From a bacterium (GTDB lineage: Bacteria; Patescibacteriota; Saccharimonadia; Saccharimonadales; UBA4665): a DNA stretch of 50,331 bases. The stretch covers positions 1 to 50,331 of the forward strand of contig JAJXVX010000001.1 in assembly GCA_021781915.1 (NCBI GenBank), read 5' to 3'. The translations under genes and the position numbers were made by a program. Under the pieces are notes generated by a model. That model worked only from the letters and a program-made list of their open reading frames with translations. It made no database searches and had not been told where the DNA came from. Below are positions 8,701 to 17,138 of the stretch, piece after piece (positions within the stretch are counted from its first letter, which is position 1; each line of letters opens with the position of its first letter).

Positions 8701-9306
8701 AGTCATGCCTAAAGCTTTTAGTAGAGTCGTAACGGGCAACTTTCTCTTTCGGTCAATTTTGACATATATAGACCCATTGGCGGCAGTTTCAAATTCTAGC
8801 CAAGCACCTCGTCCCGGAATAACTTTAGCTCCGTAAAGCAAATTCAGAGCATGCTGTTCGCCGGTAAAGAAAACACCAGCTGATCTGATAAGCTGGCTAA
8901 CGACAACTCTTTCAGCGCCGTTTATAACAAATGTCCCACGGTCTGTCATCCAGGGATAGTCACCAAGATAGATTTCCTGTTCTTTAACTTCTCCGGTTAT
9001 TTTATTAGTTAACTCAACTCGAGCTAGTAACGGAGCTTCATAGGTAACATTATTCTCACGAGCTTCCCACTCAGAAATCTTTGGCTCATCGAAATGATAA
9101 TCGAGAAACTTAAGAGTTAATTTAGTGCCAGTATAGTCTTCAATTGGACTTATCTCAGCGAATAACTCACCTAAACCTTCTTGAACCAACCAAGCGAATG
9201 ACTTGTTTTGATGCTCAATCAAGTTTGGAATTTCAATATAGTTATCTTTTTTAGTGTAATAGACTCGCTTCTCGTTTTTAGATTTGACGACACTAGAATT
9301 GACCAT
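5734..9306 (-). CDS. rpoB: DNA-directed RNA polymerase beta subunit
   Basis: SQLSQFMDQ, GDKLGGRHGNKG and GGQRFGEMEVWALEAYG motifs; long acidic C-terminal tail. Confidence 0.99.
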   Translation of the reverse strand: MVNSSVVKSKNEKRVYYTKKDNYIEIPNLIEHQNKSFAWLVQEGLGELFAEISPIEDYTGTKLTLKFLDYHFDEPKISEWEARENNVTYEAPLLARVELTNKITGEVKEQEIYLGDYPWMTDRGTFVINGAERVVVSQLIRSAGVFFTGEQHALNLLYGAKVIPGRGAWLEFETAANGSIYVKIDRKRKLPVTTLLKALGMTESAIKDQMKHVDTGRVSYVEATLDKDPSKGQNEALIEVYRRLRPGDLATVDNAKTLIENMFYNFKRFDFSRVGRYRMNKRLNMDVLNTIENRVMRLEDILAIIAEIIRLNNTQEQPDDIDSLASRRIRLVGELVQRQFRIGLLRMERNTKDRMSMSDIEAVSPTQLINARPIVASVREFFASSQLSQFMDQINPLSELATKRRLSSMGPGGLNRERAGFDVRDAHATHYGRICAVETPEGANIGLVLNMASYTKVNEFGFLETPYRKVINALPTDKLLGEISLVDYVDEKEKVLVKADKVITKDDIAKLSKVKSRITWPVKARVSDEIVYLDADQEASVVIASVGSEVDEKGYFVSERVSARINLKAGEVSADEVNYIDAAHNQIIGSTAGLIPFIEKNYVLRSLMGSNQQRQAVPLIQPESPIVGTGLEEIVARNTGQIVVAEADGKVISASAKKVVIEYKDGSKTYLPARFVRSNEGTSINQKVVVRSGETVKKGDVILEGMSIKDGELALGKDLVTAFMPWSGYNFEDAIIISRKLVEDDTLTSIHIVDFMIEVRETKLGPEIVTRDIPNVSEESLRHLDENGIVRIGAEVHPGDILVGKITPKGEQELSSEERLLRAIFGEKAKEVRDTSQRMSNGKHGKVVGVKIFSKETGHDLKAGVIMQIKVFVAQMRKISVGDKLGGRHGNKGVIARILPIEDMPYMEDGTPVDIILNPLGVPSRMNLGQLFEVHLGMAARALGIKVASPSFNGVSLSKIQELLKEAKLPEDGKQQLFDGRTGEAFKEKTTVGSMYMNKLNHMVTDKIHARSTGPYTMVTQQPLGGKAQNGGQRFGEMEVWALEAYGAATTLQEMLTIKSDDVYGRSKAYESIIKKNKILGPKVPESFNVLVKELQGLGLKVDLIKSESIIDAEDILASNIHEEAVHPSTVDVPEPIASDIDVTDEVPGDDLSLVDLDDDLSDDFTVSVNVNDDDDDQTTTNDEEEKELA

Positions 9307-9484
9307 TTAAAATCAACGCCCCCTATATTATTCTTGATAATAACTAATAATTAACAAATGGGGTTTTAAACCCATTTTTATCTGTTTTATTGTATTTTTG
9401 TTTATAATTCGCGCGAAGGAAACTAAGCAGGGGGTTTTTAGATAAATACATAAAAAGCCTGTCTTACACTACTTCTTGTATTAC

Positions 9485-9514
9485 ATTCTAAACTGTTTCT
9501 AGAACAATTGTCAA
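9485..9514 (-). promoter_or_regulatory. Sigma70-type promoter of rpoBC
   Basis: TTGACA (9509-9514), 18 bp spacer, TAGAAT (9485-9490); implies a leader of about 170 nt. Confidence 0.7.
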
Positions 9515-9590
9515 CTACATTAGAAAGAGTCTAATTATCATACTTGTATTTTTCAAATAATATTATAAAATACTACGAACTAAGGCATCT

Positions 9591-10268
9591 ATGTATAAAC
9601 AGCGAAATGCTCATTTGTTGAATCGAAACGGAGAACAAATCTTTTACAATGATATCGGTCGGCCGCTACAAGCCGGTGATAATCTTGATTTATTAAGTAA
9701 AATAAATCAAATTGCCAGTCAAAACTCTTGCCAAATTATTTTTAAAAGTACGCCTGGCGTAGTATATGCCTTAGGTTCGGAAATTAAATCGGCTCGACAA
9801 AAAAATAATCCACTAGTTGAGGGGACGACATCGTCCGATGAAGTAATAGACAAAATCAAAACCTCAACTTTATTTCCCGTCCTACAATTAGATTATGGTC
9901 TAAAAACCAAAATTGACTCTGTAGAATGTAAGACCCTAAAAAAAGATAATCTTAAAGACATTCGATTAAAACTTAACAATATAACAAATTTTAACGAAGA
10001 AGGATCAGTTATATATGAAGAACGGCACGCCGTTCAGTTTGGTCTCGGTCTACTCAGACCCAGACTTAATCAAGATATATCAGATAATTCCAAAGCCCAC
10101 AAACCAACGCCCGTAACACTTCTTTTGGGCGTATTCGAAGCCGATACTACTGCTAATGAAACTCCACTTATCAAGAATTTAAATGAAGTTTTAGAGGGTC
10201 AGACTATCTATCTTGGAAAACTATCTGTTTACAATGCGTTCTCTAACCAATCGAGACAAACTATTTAG
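9591..10268 (+). CDS. Hypothetical protein (225 aa), divergent from rpoB
   Basis: Long ORF filling the gap; TTGTAT-16-TAAAAT upstream (9544-9571); no recognisable family. Confidence 0.7.
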   Translation: MYKQRNAHLLNRNGEQIFYNDIGRPLQAGDNLDLLSKINQIASQNSCQIIFKSTPGVVYALGSEIKSARQKNNPLVEGTTSSDEVIDKIKTSTLFPVLQLDYGLKTKIDSVECKTLKKDNLKDIRLKLNNITNFNEEGSVIYEERHAVQFGLGLLRPRLNQDISDNSKAHKPTPVTLLLGVFEADTTANETPLIKNLNEVLEGQTIYLGKLSVYNAFSNQSRQTI

Positions 10269-10864
10269 ACTGCTTTTATTATTTTATCAGCTAACCCGTA
10301 TTTAACAGCTTCGTCGGCCGATAACCATTTGTCTCTTTCCATATCCTGGTGAATGATTTCCGCTTTTTGACCAGTATTTCCGGCCATAATAGATTCTAAC
10401 AGTCTTTTTAGTCGGAGGCTTTCTTGTAAATCAATTTCCTGATCAGTTACCTTGCCTCGTGTTCCTGAACTAGGCTGATGAATCATTACCGTTGAATTGG
10501 GTAATAAAAATCTTTTGCCTTTGGTACCGGAACTAAGCAGAAATGCAGCAGCTGAAGCTTGAACACCGATACCAAATGTTTGAACATCGTTTTTAACAAA
10601 CTTCATCGTGTCGTAAATAGCTAGCGCGTCATAAACACTACCACCCGGACTATTTATATACAGATAAATATCTTTACTCGAATTTTCGGCCTGCAGGAAT
10701 AACAACTGAGCTACAATTAGATTGGCCGTTACTTGATTTACTTCATCACCTAAAAAGATAATTCTCTCTTTTAAAAGGCGAGAGTAGATATCATAGGCCC
10801 TTTCATATCGTCCTTCATTTTCAATAACCGTTGGCACTAACACAGATTGTGGATTGTTTATCAT
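10265..10864 (-). CDS. clpP: ATP-dependent Clp protease proteolytic subunit (start revised to MINNPQ)
   Basis: [20 protein letters not shown], catalytic S (QASAA), H (MIHQP) and D (ERDKW). The alternative upstream start falls inside the promoter/CIRCE. Confidence 0.97.
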   Translation of the reverse strand: MINNPQSVLVPTVIENEGRYERAYDIYSRLLKERIIFLGDEVNQVTANLIVAQLLFLQAENSSKDIYLYINSPGGSVYDALAIYDTMKFVKNDVQTFGIGVQASAAAFLLSSGTKGKRFLLPNSTVMIHQPSSGTRGKVTDQEIDLQESLRLKRLLESIMAGNTGQKAEIIHQDMERDKWLSADEAVKYGLADKIIKAV

Positions 10865-10883
10865 ATAAATACATAGTAGATTA

Positions 10884-10910
10884 TTGGCACTCACATGTCA
10901 AGAGTGCTAA
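10884..10910 (-). promoter_or_regulatory. CIRCE (HrcA operator) overlapping the clpP promoter
   Basis: Minus strand TTAGCACTC-TTGACATGT-GAGTGCCAA, 1 mismatch to the CIRCE consensus. The TTGACA in the spacer is 17 bp from TACTAT (10873-10878). Confidence 0.9.
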
Positions 10911-10912
10911 TT

Positions 10913-12199
10913 TTATTTATTTAACAGAGTATCTAGATGATCGAGAGTCTTCTCGATTTGCATTCTATTTTTTATATCAAGTTGGGCATCTTCTGTCTCG
11001 AGCTCTTTAACCATATAATCATCTGACTGATAATAACTCTTAAGCAAATTGAGTCGAGTTTTTAGTTCATCGTCGCTAACCTTAATACCTAGGTCGGAAG
11101 CTAATTTAGATAGCACTAAGCCAGCTTTGATTTGTTTCTCTGCTGCATCGCGATTCTGTTTAGTGTGTTCTTCTTCGCTAACACCTTCATCTTTCAAATG
11201 ATCAGCAAATGTCTGACCTCGAGATTCAAGAGCAGCTTTATCTTGTTGCAAAATTCTTTCTAGCTCAGTGTTAATTAAACTTTCTGGTAATTCAATCTTG
11301 GTCTTAGCGACCAATTCCTCAACTATTTGATTATCAAAAGTTTGTTTATTTCTCGACGCATCTTCCGATTCTATTTGCTGGGCGACTGCTTTTTTTAGGT
11401 CATCGATAGTTTTAAAAGGCCCGAATTTAGCTAGTAATTTCTCGTCTAATTGTGGTTTTACGAGTTTATTGACTGATTTAATCTTGACTTTGAAGACTGT
11501 TTTTTTGTTACGAAGTTTAGCTTGATGGTAGTCGGCTGGAAATGTAATCTTAAACTCTTTACTATCACCTTTTTTTAAACCAACTAGCTGCTCCTCGAAA
11601 CCCGGTATAAAACTGTTGGAGCCCAAAACTAGAGGATAATCATCAGACTTAGCGCCATCAATGAGTTCTTTGGTTTTCTCGTCACTGCCTTCGAAATCAA
11701 AAATAACTTCATCATTTAATTTAGCTGGCTGTTTAGATTCTTGTCTGACAGACTCTTTAGCAATTAAATCATCGACTACCTTATCGATATCTTTTGAAGA
11801 AGCAATCGCTTTCTTTTTTCTAGTTGATAGCTTTTTAAGATCTGGTAATAATATGTCAGCTACTCTTTCCACATCAAAGGTTACTTCAAGAGTCTCGTAT
11901 GGTACAAATTTTTTTATCGAAACATTTGGTTTATCGACTGGCATAAGCTTCAATTCTCGAATAGCCAAAGTATATAAATCGTTTAGCGCCGAGTCCAAAA
12001 ATTCTGTTTGGAGAGTCGATGGATCAACATTCTTTTCAACAATTGATGTTGGTATGTGACCTTTTCTAAATCCAGGCAATGATAAGGTTTTAGCGAATTG
12101 ATTAAGAACCAAGTTTAAATGCTTATTTAAAAGCTCCTTATCTGCGATGGCAGAAAAAGTTACTTTTGTCGGTTTATTGTCGGTGATATTTACTTGCAT
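10913..12199 (-). CDS. tig: Trigger factor
   Basis: LPGFRKGHIP ribosome-binding signature and FKBP-like LGSNSFIPGFEEQL; promoter TTGTCC-17-TATCAT 8 nt upstream of the ATG. Confidence 0.96.
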   Translation of the reverse strand: MQVNITDNKPTKVTFSAIADKELLNKHLNLVLNQFAKTLSLPGFRKGHIPTSIVEKNVDPSTLQTEFLDSALNDLYTLAIRELKLMPVDKPNVSIKKFVPYETLEVTFDVERVADILLPDLKKLSTRKKKAIASSKDIDKVVDDLIAKESVRQESKQPAKLNDEVIFDFEGSDEKTKELIDGAKSDDYPLVLGSNSFIPGFEEQLVGLKKGDSKEFKITFPADYHQAKLRNKKTVFKVKIKSVNKLVKPQLDEKLLAKFGPFKTIDDLKKAVAQQIESEDASRNKQTFDNQIVEELVAKTKIELPESLINTELERILQQDKAALESRGQTFADHLKDEGVSEEEHTKQNRDAAEKQIKAGLVLSKLASDLGIKVSDDELKTRLNLLKSYYQSDDYMVKELETEDAQLDIKNRMQIEKTLDHLDTLLNK

Positions 12200-12244
12200 A
12201 GACTAAAATGATAACAGGATTTTGAAATTTGGACAAAAAAATAT

Positions 12245-13537
12245 TTATTTGTCATTAAAGAAATTAATCAGTTCAGAAGTATCAAGTTTGTATTCTTTTT
12301 TAGTTGATAGCTCTTTGAGGGTAAGTTTTCCGGTCTTGATCTCTTCGGGACCGATTATTAAAACATAAGGGATCTTTTTCTTAAGTGCAATGGTAATTTG
12401 ATCGCTCATTTTTTTTCCTCGCCAACCTTCAGCAATGTTAATCCCATTACGCCTAATTGATTTCAAAATCGAATTGATTGATTCTAGGTCGACATCTAAT
12501 GAAATAGCATAGATATCAGTCTCAGTCGGTAGATCAGGTAATAGTCCATGATTATTGACGAAGTTGAATAAAGTTGCATCACCCAAGCCAAAACCAACTG
12601 TCGAGATAGGCTCTACACCAAACAAACCAACTAAACCGTCGTATCGTCCACCGCCCATCATAGAACGATTATTATCAGGGTCTTCATCAAATACTTCAAA
12701 GACAATATCGGTGTAATAATCAAAACCACGCATAATTGTTGGGTCGAAGACTAAATTTATCTTATCGTCGTTAAGTCGGAAGACTTCTTTGATAGTATCA
12801 AGTGAAGAATGATTTTTCAGCTTGTCCGGTAAATCCTTGATTTTATCTGTTTTGATTAAGTCAATTAGTTTTTCTACCACTAGTCTTTGGCGATCGGAAT
12901 CATCAATAATCTCATCAACCTGTGATATAAAATCAGTTATGGCCATTTTATGAACACCATCTATTAACTTCATTATAAGTTTAGTTTTTTCATCGTTGAG
13001 ACCAAGAAATTCATTAAAGAAATATTCCATGAATTTTCGACTGTTTAACTTAATCTTATACATTTTGCGGCTAGCGCCTAGTGCTTGAAAAATATCATCA
13101 GCGACTGAAATAATTTCGTTATCACCTTGAAGACCGCTCAATCCGAATAAATCAACATTTAACTGCCAATGTTCCCGGAAACGGCCCTTTTGCTGTCTCT
13201 CATAGCGCCAGAGGTTCGGAATACTGTATAACCTTAACGGATAACTTAGTTCTTGTCTTTTCCTGGCAACCATTCGACTAACGGAAGGTGTCATTTCGGG
13301 TCTAATTGCTAATTTTCTGCCAGCTCGGTCTGTAAAATTATATGTCTGTTGAGAAACTATCTCGGTCCCGCTCTTGGCAGCATATAGGTCATACTCTTCA
13401 AGCATAGGCGCATCATATTCTTCGTAACCATAGCTCTGCACAACAGTTGTTAATTTAGCAAACAGGTACTTCAAAACCCTTTTATCTTCAGGATAAAAAT
13501 CTCTCGAACCTTTGTAGGGGTTTATGTTTAATTTCAT
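12245..13537 (-). CDS. hisS: Histidine--tRNA ligase (start revised to MKLNINPYKG)
   Basis: RPEMTPS, WRYERQQKGRFRE, RGFDYYT and GGGRYDGL motifs. The longer ORF start lies inside the tRNA. Confidence 0.96.
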   Translation of the reverse strand: MKLNINPYKGSRDFYPEDKRVLKYLFAKLTTVVQSYGYEEYDAPMLEEYDLYAAKSGTEIVSQQTYNFTDRAGRKLAIRPEMTPSVSRMVARKRQELSYPLRLYSIPNLWRYERQQKGRFREHWQLNVDLFGLSGLQGDNEIISVADDIFQALGASRKMYKIKLNSRKFMEYFFNEFLGLNDEKTKLIMKLIDGVHKMAITDFISQVDEIIDDSDRQRLVVEKLIDLIKTDKIKDLPDKLKNHSSLDTIKEVFRLNDDKINLVFDPTIMRGFDYYTDIVFEVFDEDPDNNRSMMGGGRYDGLVGLFGVEPISTVGFGLGDATLFNFVNNHGLLPDLPTETDIYAISLDVDLESINSILKSIRRNGINIAEGWRGKKMSDQITIALKKKIPYVLIIGPEEIKTGKLTLKELSTKKEYKLDTSELINFFNDK

Positions 13538-13546
13538 AATATTAAA

Positions 13547-13630
13547 TGGTGCGCGAGAGAGGACTTGAACCTCCATGCCTTGCGGCACATGCTCCTAAGG
13601 CATGCGTGTCTACCATTTCACCACTCGCGC
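13547..13630 (-). tRNA. tRNA-Leu (anticodon UAG), long variable arm, encoded CCA
   Basis: GCGCGAG acceptor stem, D arm TGGTAGA, anticodon stem CATGC-CT-TAG-GA-GCATG, GTTCAAG T loop, 3' ACCA. Confidence 0.97.
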
Positions 13631-13671
13631 GAATTTAGTGGCTTTATAGTTATATATTTTACAGTATTAAT

Positions 13672-14217
13672 TTATTTTTTATAAATTAGAATTAAAACTT
13701 TGCCATATTCTTTTTGCTTTAACAATTTTAGATCCAAGAACTGCTGTTTAATGGCTTGCTCATTTTGTTTTGGTACTGATAAAATCAACAAGCCTTCACT
13801 GGCTATTTTAGTATTAAGGTCAGCAAAGTTTGACGGTAAATCATCGTATGGTGGATCGGCAAAAACAATATCAAACTTGTTGCCGTTATTATCCTTTAAA
13901 TAAGCTTCGCTTGATATAGGCATAAGCTTTAGTTGGTTTGATAATTTTAATCTTTTGATAGATGTCTTAATGGCGCTAATAGCCAAGTAATTATTTTCAA
14001 CCATAACTGCACTTTCTGCTCCTCTTGAAATAGACTCAATACTAAAGGCTCCACTGCCAGCGAAAACATCAAGTATGCTCAACCCTGAAATATCCCCCAA
14101 CATATTAAAGATTGCTTGTCGGACTTTAGAGCTCATTGGATGAGTTTTAGGACTATCAGGCGAATAGAAAGTTCGATTTTTTAAAGTTCCGGCGACGACA
14201 GTCAAATCAAGTTTCAT
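13672..14217 (-). CDS. rsmD: 16S rRNA m2G966 methyltransferase, RsmD family
   Basis: ILDVFAGSGA SAM motif, FADPPY, N-terminal VVAGTLK..THPMSSKVRQAIFN. Confidence 0.9.
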   Translation of the reverse strand: MKLDLTVVAGTLKNRTFYSPDSPKTHPMSSKVRQAIFNMLGDISGLSILDVFAGSGAFSIESISRGAESAVMVENNYLAISAIKTSIKRLKLSNQLKLMPISSEAYLKDNNGNKFDIVFADPPYDDLPSNFADLNTKIASEGLLILSVPKQNEQAIKQQFLDLKLLKQKEYGKVLILIYKK

Positions 14218-15017
14218 TTTTTACTATCAATATATGCACTGTACCAAGCAATTGTGACTGATTTAATTAATACAGGGGCTAAATATTTACGAATTTTAGA
14301 AGATAGATTAATAGTCCAGCCATGCTGATAAAAGTCATCGTATAAACCGTGGGATGCAATGTCTTGAGCTAAACGACGATACCACTTATCTATCCCTAGT
14401 CTGAACTGTTCAATATCACTTTGGCTTGGAACAGATTTTTTAAAAGACAGTGGAGCCATAATTCCGGCAACGCCAATCTCAAAGGCGGCATGGGTTATAA
14501 AAAGTCCTTTAGGACCCCACATTCGCCAGTTATTATGAATTATATGTCTCTTTTTCTCACCGCTCATGATCAGTCGATTCCTGAGAGTATCTCTGGTGTC
14601 TCGAGTCTGTCCCATCCGTAGTTCCTCCAGTTTTTCTTCATAAGGGTAGTGGTGGGCCGGCGTCAGGCCATCAACTAGAGCATGTGACAGCCATGCTGCT
14701 TCAAAAGCTGATCTTTCATTATTTTTGTTTCTTAAAGCTAAGACTAAATTATTGTAGTGATACGTAATCGCGTGAATCAATTCATTATCATCGATATCAT
14801 ACGGTGAAATAAAATGCCAAGGTTCATTTTTGGCCGGGCTTTTTCTTTTAATCGCATCTGGACCGTTATAACCTTCAAAATGCAAAATACTTTTAACTGA
14901 CGGAAACCTGATGGCGCCGTCGACAAGATTAAGATTTCTTCTAGCTAATCGGTCAATTTTTTGATGAACGCCGATAATTTTGCCTGAATTTTTTCGAAAA
15001 GTTGTACCTGAATACAT
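14214..15017 (-). CDS. Hypothetical protein, probable Zn-dependent phospholipase C / S1-P1 nuclease fold
   Basis: Ordered metal-ligand pattern VHQK, GPD, WHF, HALVDGLTPAHH, HAAFE; ATGA-coupled to rsmD. Confidence 0.65.
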   Translation of the reverse strand: MYSGTTFRKNSGKIIGVHQKIDRLARRNLNLVDGAIRFPSVKSILHFEGYNGPDAIKRKSPAKNEPWHFISPYDIDDNELIHAITYHYNNLVLALRNKNNERSAFEAAWLSHALVDGLTPAHHYPYEEKLEELRMGQTRDTRDTLRNRLIMSGEKKRHIIHNNWRMWGPKGLFITHAAFEIGVAGIMAPLSFKKSVPSQSDIEQFRLGIDKWYRRLAQDIASHGLYDDFYQHGWTINLSSKIRKYLAPVLIKSVTIAWYSAYIDSKK

Positions 15018-15055
15018 AAACCAATATCTATTTTATGCTATTAATCAATCACTAC

Positions 15056-17110
15056 CTAATCTAACGTTCGAATAGAAGCCAGTTCCGAAACCTTATCGTC
15101 TAAATCTTTAAAGTCACTGATACGATTATCTGTGAAAAACCGAAGAGCGACTGTTTTAACTTTTTTGATAAATTCCAGATTAGAAAACTCGGTAAATTTG
15201 AGATCAGTCAGTCCGTGCTGTGATAGTCCGTAAAATGCTCCCGGCCCTCTTAATTTAAGATCTACCTCGGCCAGTTCGAAACCGCTCGATAAACGCACTA
15301 ATGAATTCATCCGTTCATTTTTTAATATATCTTCATCTCCTATCAGGAAACAGAAACCGCTATGTTTACCTCGACCAACTCGACCACGAAGCTGATGTAT
15401 CTGAGCAAGACCAAATGATTCAGCGTCAAAAATAACCATAACAGTCGCATTGGGTACATCTACACCAACTTCAATAACGGTAGTAGAGACTACTAAGTCG
15501 AGTTTTTTGGTAACAAAATCAGATAAAACCCTGTCTTTTTCATCGGCCGATAGCTTACCGTGGAGAAGTCCAAGCCTAAACTTAGGGAAAACCTCTCCAA
15601 GCTCTTGATAAACAGAGTGAACATCTTTCCGTCTTGATTTAGTTTCTGATTTAATAATCAACGGGCAAACCACAAAAACCTGATGACCTTGCTTAATTTC
15701 TTGTTCTATTACACTGTAGGCATGATTGATGTTGCTCTCAGCAATTATTTCAGTTTTGATATTCGTCGATTGGTGTGGTTTTTCAGTTAGCCGAGAAATT
15801 GATAACTCACCGAAAAGCGTTAAGGCTAGACTCCTTGGTATTGGCGTAGCGGAAAGAGTCAGTAAATGTGGAATTGTATCAGCATTTAACTGTAATATTT
15901 TCCTTTGGTTAACTCCAAACCGATGCTGTTCATCAACAATTAAAAGAGCTAATTGTTTAAGTGATACATCGCTCTCCAGCAAAGCATGAGTACCAACTAT
16001 TAATAAAATTTCATTTTTAGCTAATTTTTCTTTGACAATTTTTTTCTGGTTTAAAGACATACTTCCGACCAATAAGCCAACTTTTTTTTCAAGACCAAGC
16101 CCTTTAAGTAATTTAAAAATAGTATTGGCATGTTGTTTGGCTAAAACCTCGGTTGGGGCTAAAAAGGCGACCTGCCAACCTTTATTCATGACCATTAAGG
16201 CGCTCATTAATGCCACTACAGTTTTCCCGGATCCAACATCACCTTCCAATAATCTGTTCATTGGTCTATCTTTTGCTAAATCTAAATAAATCCGCCAAAT
16301 TACAGCTCGCTGAGAATCAGTCAAATTAAAAGGTAGCTTTTTTATAAACTTTTTAGCAAGATCAACATCTATTTCAACGACATTAGCATGCTCATTTTTT
16401 AGAATTTCTCGGTTTTTGAAGCTAACCAGACTGAGAGCAAATATTTCGTCAAAACTTAGTCTTAGCCTAGCTAAGCTTAAGTCCTCTTGTGATTTCGGGA
16501 AATGTAGATTTTTCAAGGCTGCCGCAAGCGATATTAAACCTTCCTGCTTAATTACTATCGGGGGCATATAATCTTTTATTTTAAAATTACGGCTGTAGAT
16601 CGCCCGGATACTACGCCTTATCTGGGTTATGGTTAAGTTTTTATTAGTCTTATATACTGGCAAAATTCCATTAGTGTTGATTGGGAAATCAGACTCGATT
16701 TCGATGGCTGGACTTACTATTAACATCCGACCTGAAGACAGACCAAATTTACCAGATACATAGTAGACTACGCCGTTTTTGATGTTTTTAACTCTATAGG
16801 GTTGATTAAACCATACCAGCCTGACGCTGCCGGTTTCATCACTACCCAAAGCCTCTGTAATATGAAGTCCACGACGAACATATCTTCCACTTACATTATT
16901 AATAGTTAGTTTTGCACTGATTAGTCCAGGTTTAAATTGTTTAACTTTTAACAGCTCAGAATAATCATCATATCGACGAGGTGCATAATAAATTAAATCC
17001 CTAACAGTGTTAATATTTAAAGTTTTAAAATTATTACTGAGAGATGGCCCGACGCCTTTAATCAGAGACAAATTATCGTCTAAATTAATCGAGGAAAACA
17101 TTTCAGACAT
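15056..17110 (-). CDS. recG: ATP-dependent DNA helicase RecG (start likely MSEMF at 17110)
   Basis: MNRLLEGDVGSGKT, DEQHRFG, SATPIPRS, HQLRGRVGRG and DLKLRGPG motifs. Confidence 0.96.
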   Translation of the reverse strand: MSEMFSSINLDDNLSLIKGVGPSLSNNFKTLNINTVRDLIYYAPRRYDDYSELLKVKQFKPGLISAKLTINNVSGRYVRRGLHITEALGSDETGSVRLVWFNQPYRVKNIKNGVVYYVSGKFGLSSGRMLIVSPAIEIESDFPINTNGILPVYKTNKNLTITQIRRSIRAIYSRNFKIKDYMPPIVIKQEGLISLAAALKNLHFPKSQEDLSLARLRLSFDEIFALSLVSFKNREILKNEHANVVEIDVDLAKKFIKKLPFNLTDSQRAVIWRIYLDLAKDRPMNRLLEGDVGSGKTVVALMSALMVMNKGWQVAFLAPTEVLAKQHANTIFKLLKGLGLEKKVGLLVGSMSLNQKKIVKEKLAKNEILLIVGTHALLESDVSLKQLALLIVDEQHRFGVNQRKILQLNADTIPHLLTLSATPIPRSLALTLFGELSISRLTEKPHQSTNIKTEIIAESNINHAYSVIEQEIKQGHQVFVVCPLIIKSETKSRRKDVHSVYQELGEVFPKFRLGLLHGKLSADEKDRVLSDFVTKKLDLVVSTTVIEVGVDVPNATVMVIFDAESFGLAQIHQLRGRVGRGKHSGFCFLIGDEDILKNERMNSLVRLSSGFELAEVDLKLRGPGAFYGLSQHGLTDLKFTEFSNLEFIKKVKTVALRFFTDNRISDFKDLDDKVSELASIRTLD

Positions 17111-17138
17111 ATTTAAATCTATTGTATCAACTAATAGA

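Noticed and set aside
10865..10894. Longer clpP start given in the ORF track
   Set aside because: It overlaps the CIRCE and the -10 box; ATG 10864 fits the promoter.
13538..13588. N-terminal extension of the hisS ORF (MPQGMEVQ...)
   Set aside because: It lies inside the tRNA-Leu gene; HisRS similarity begins at MKLNINPYKG.
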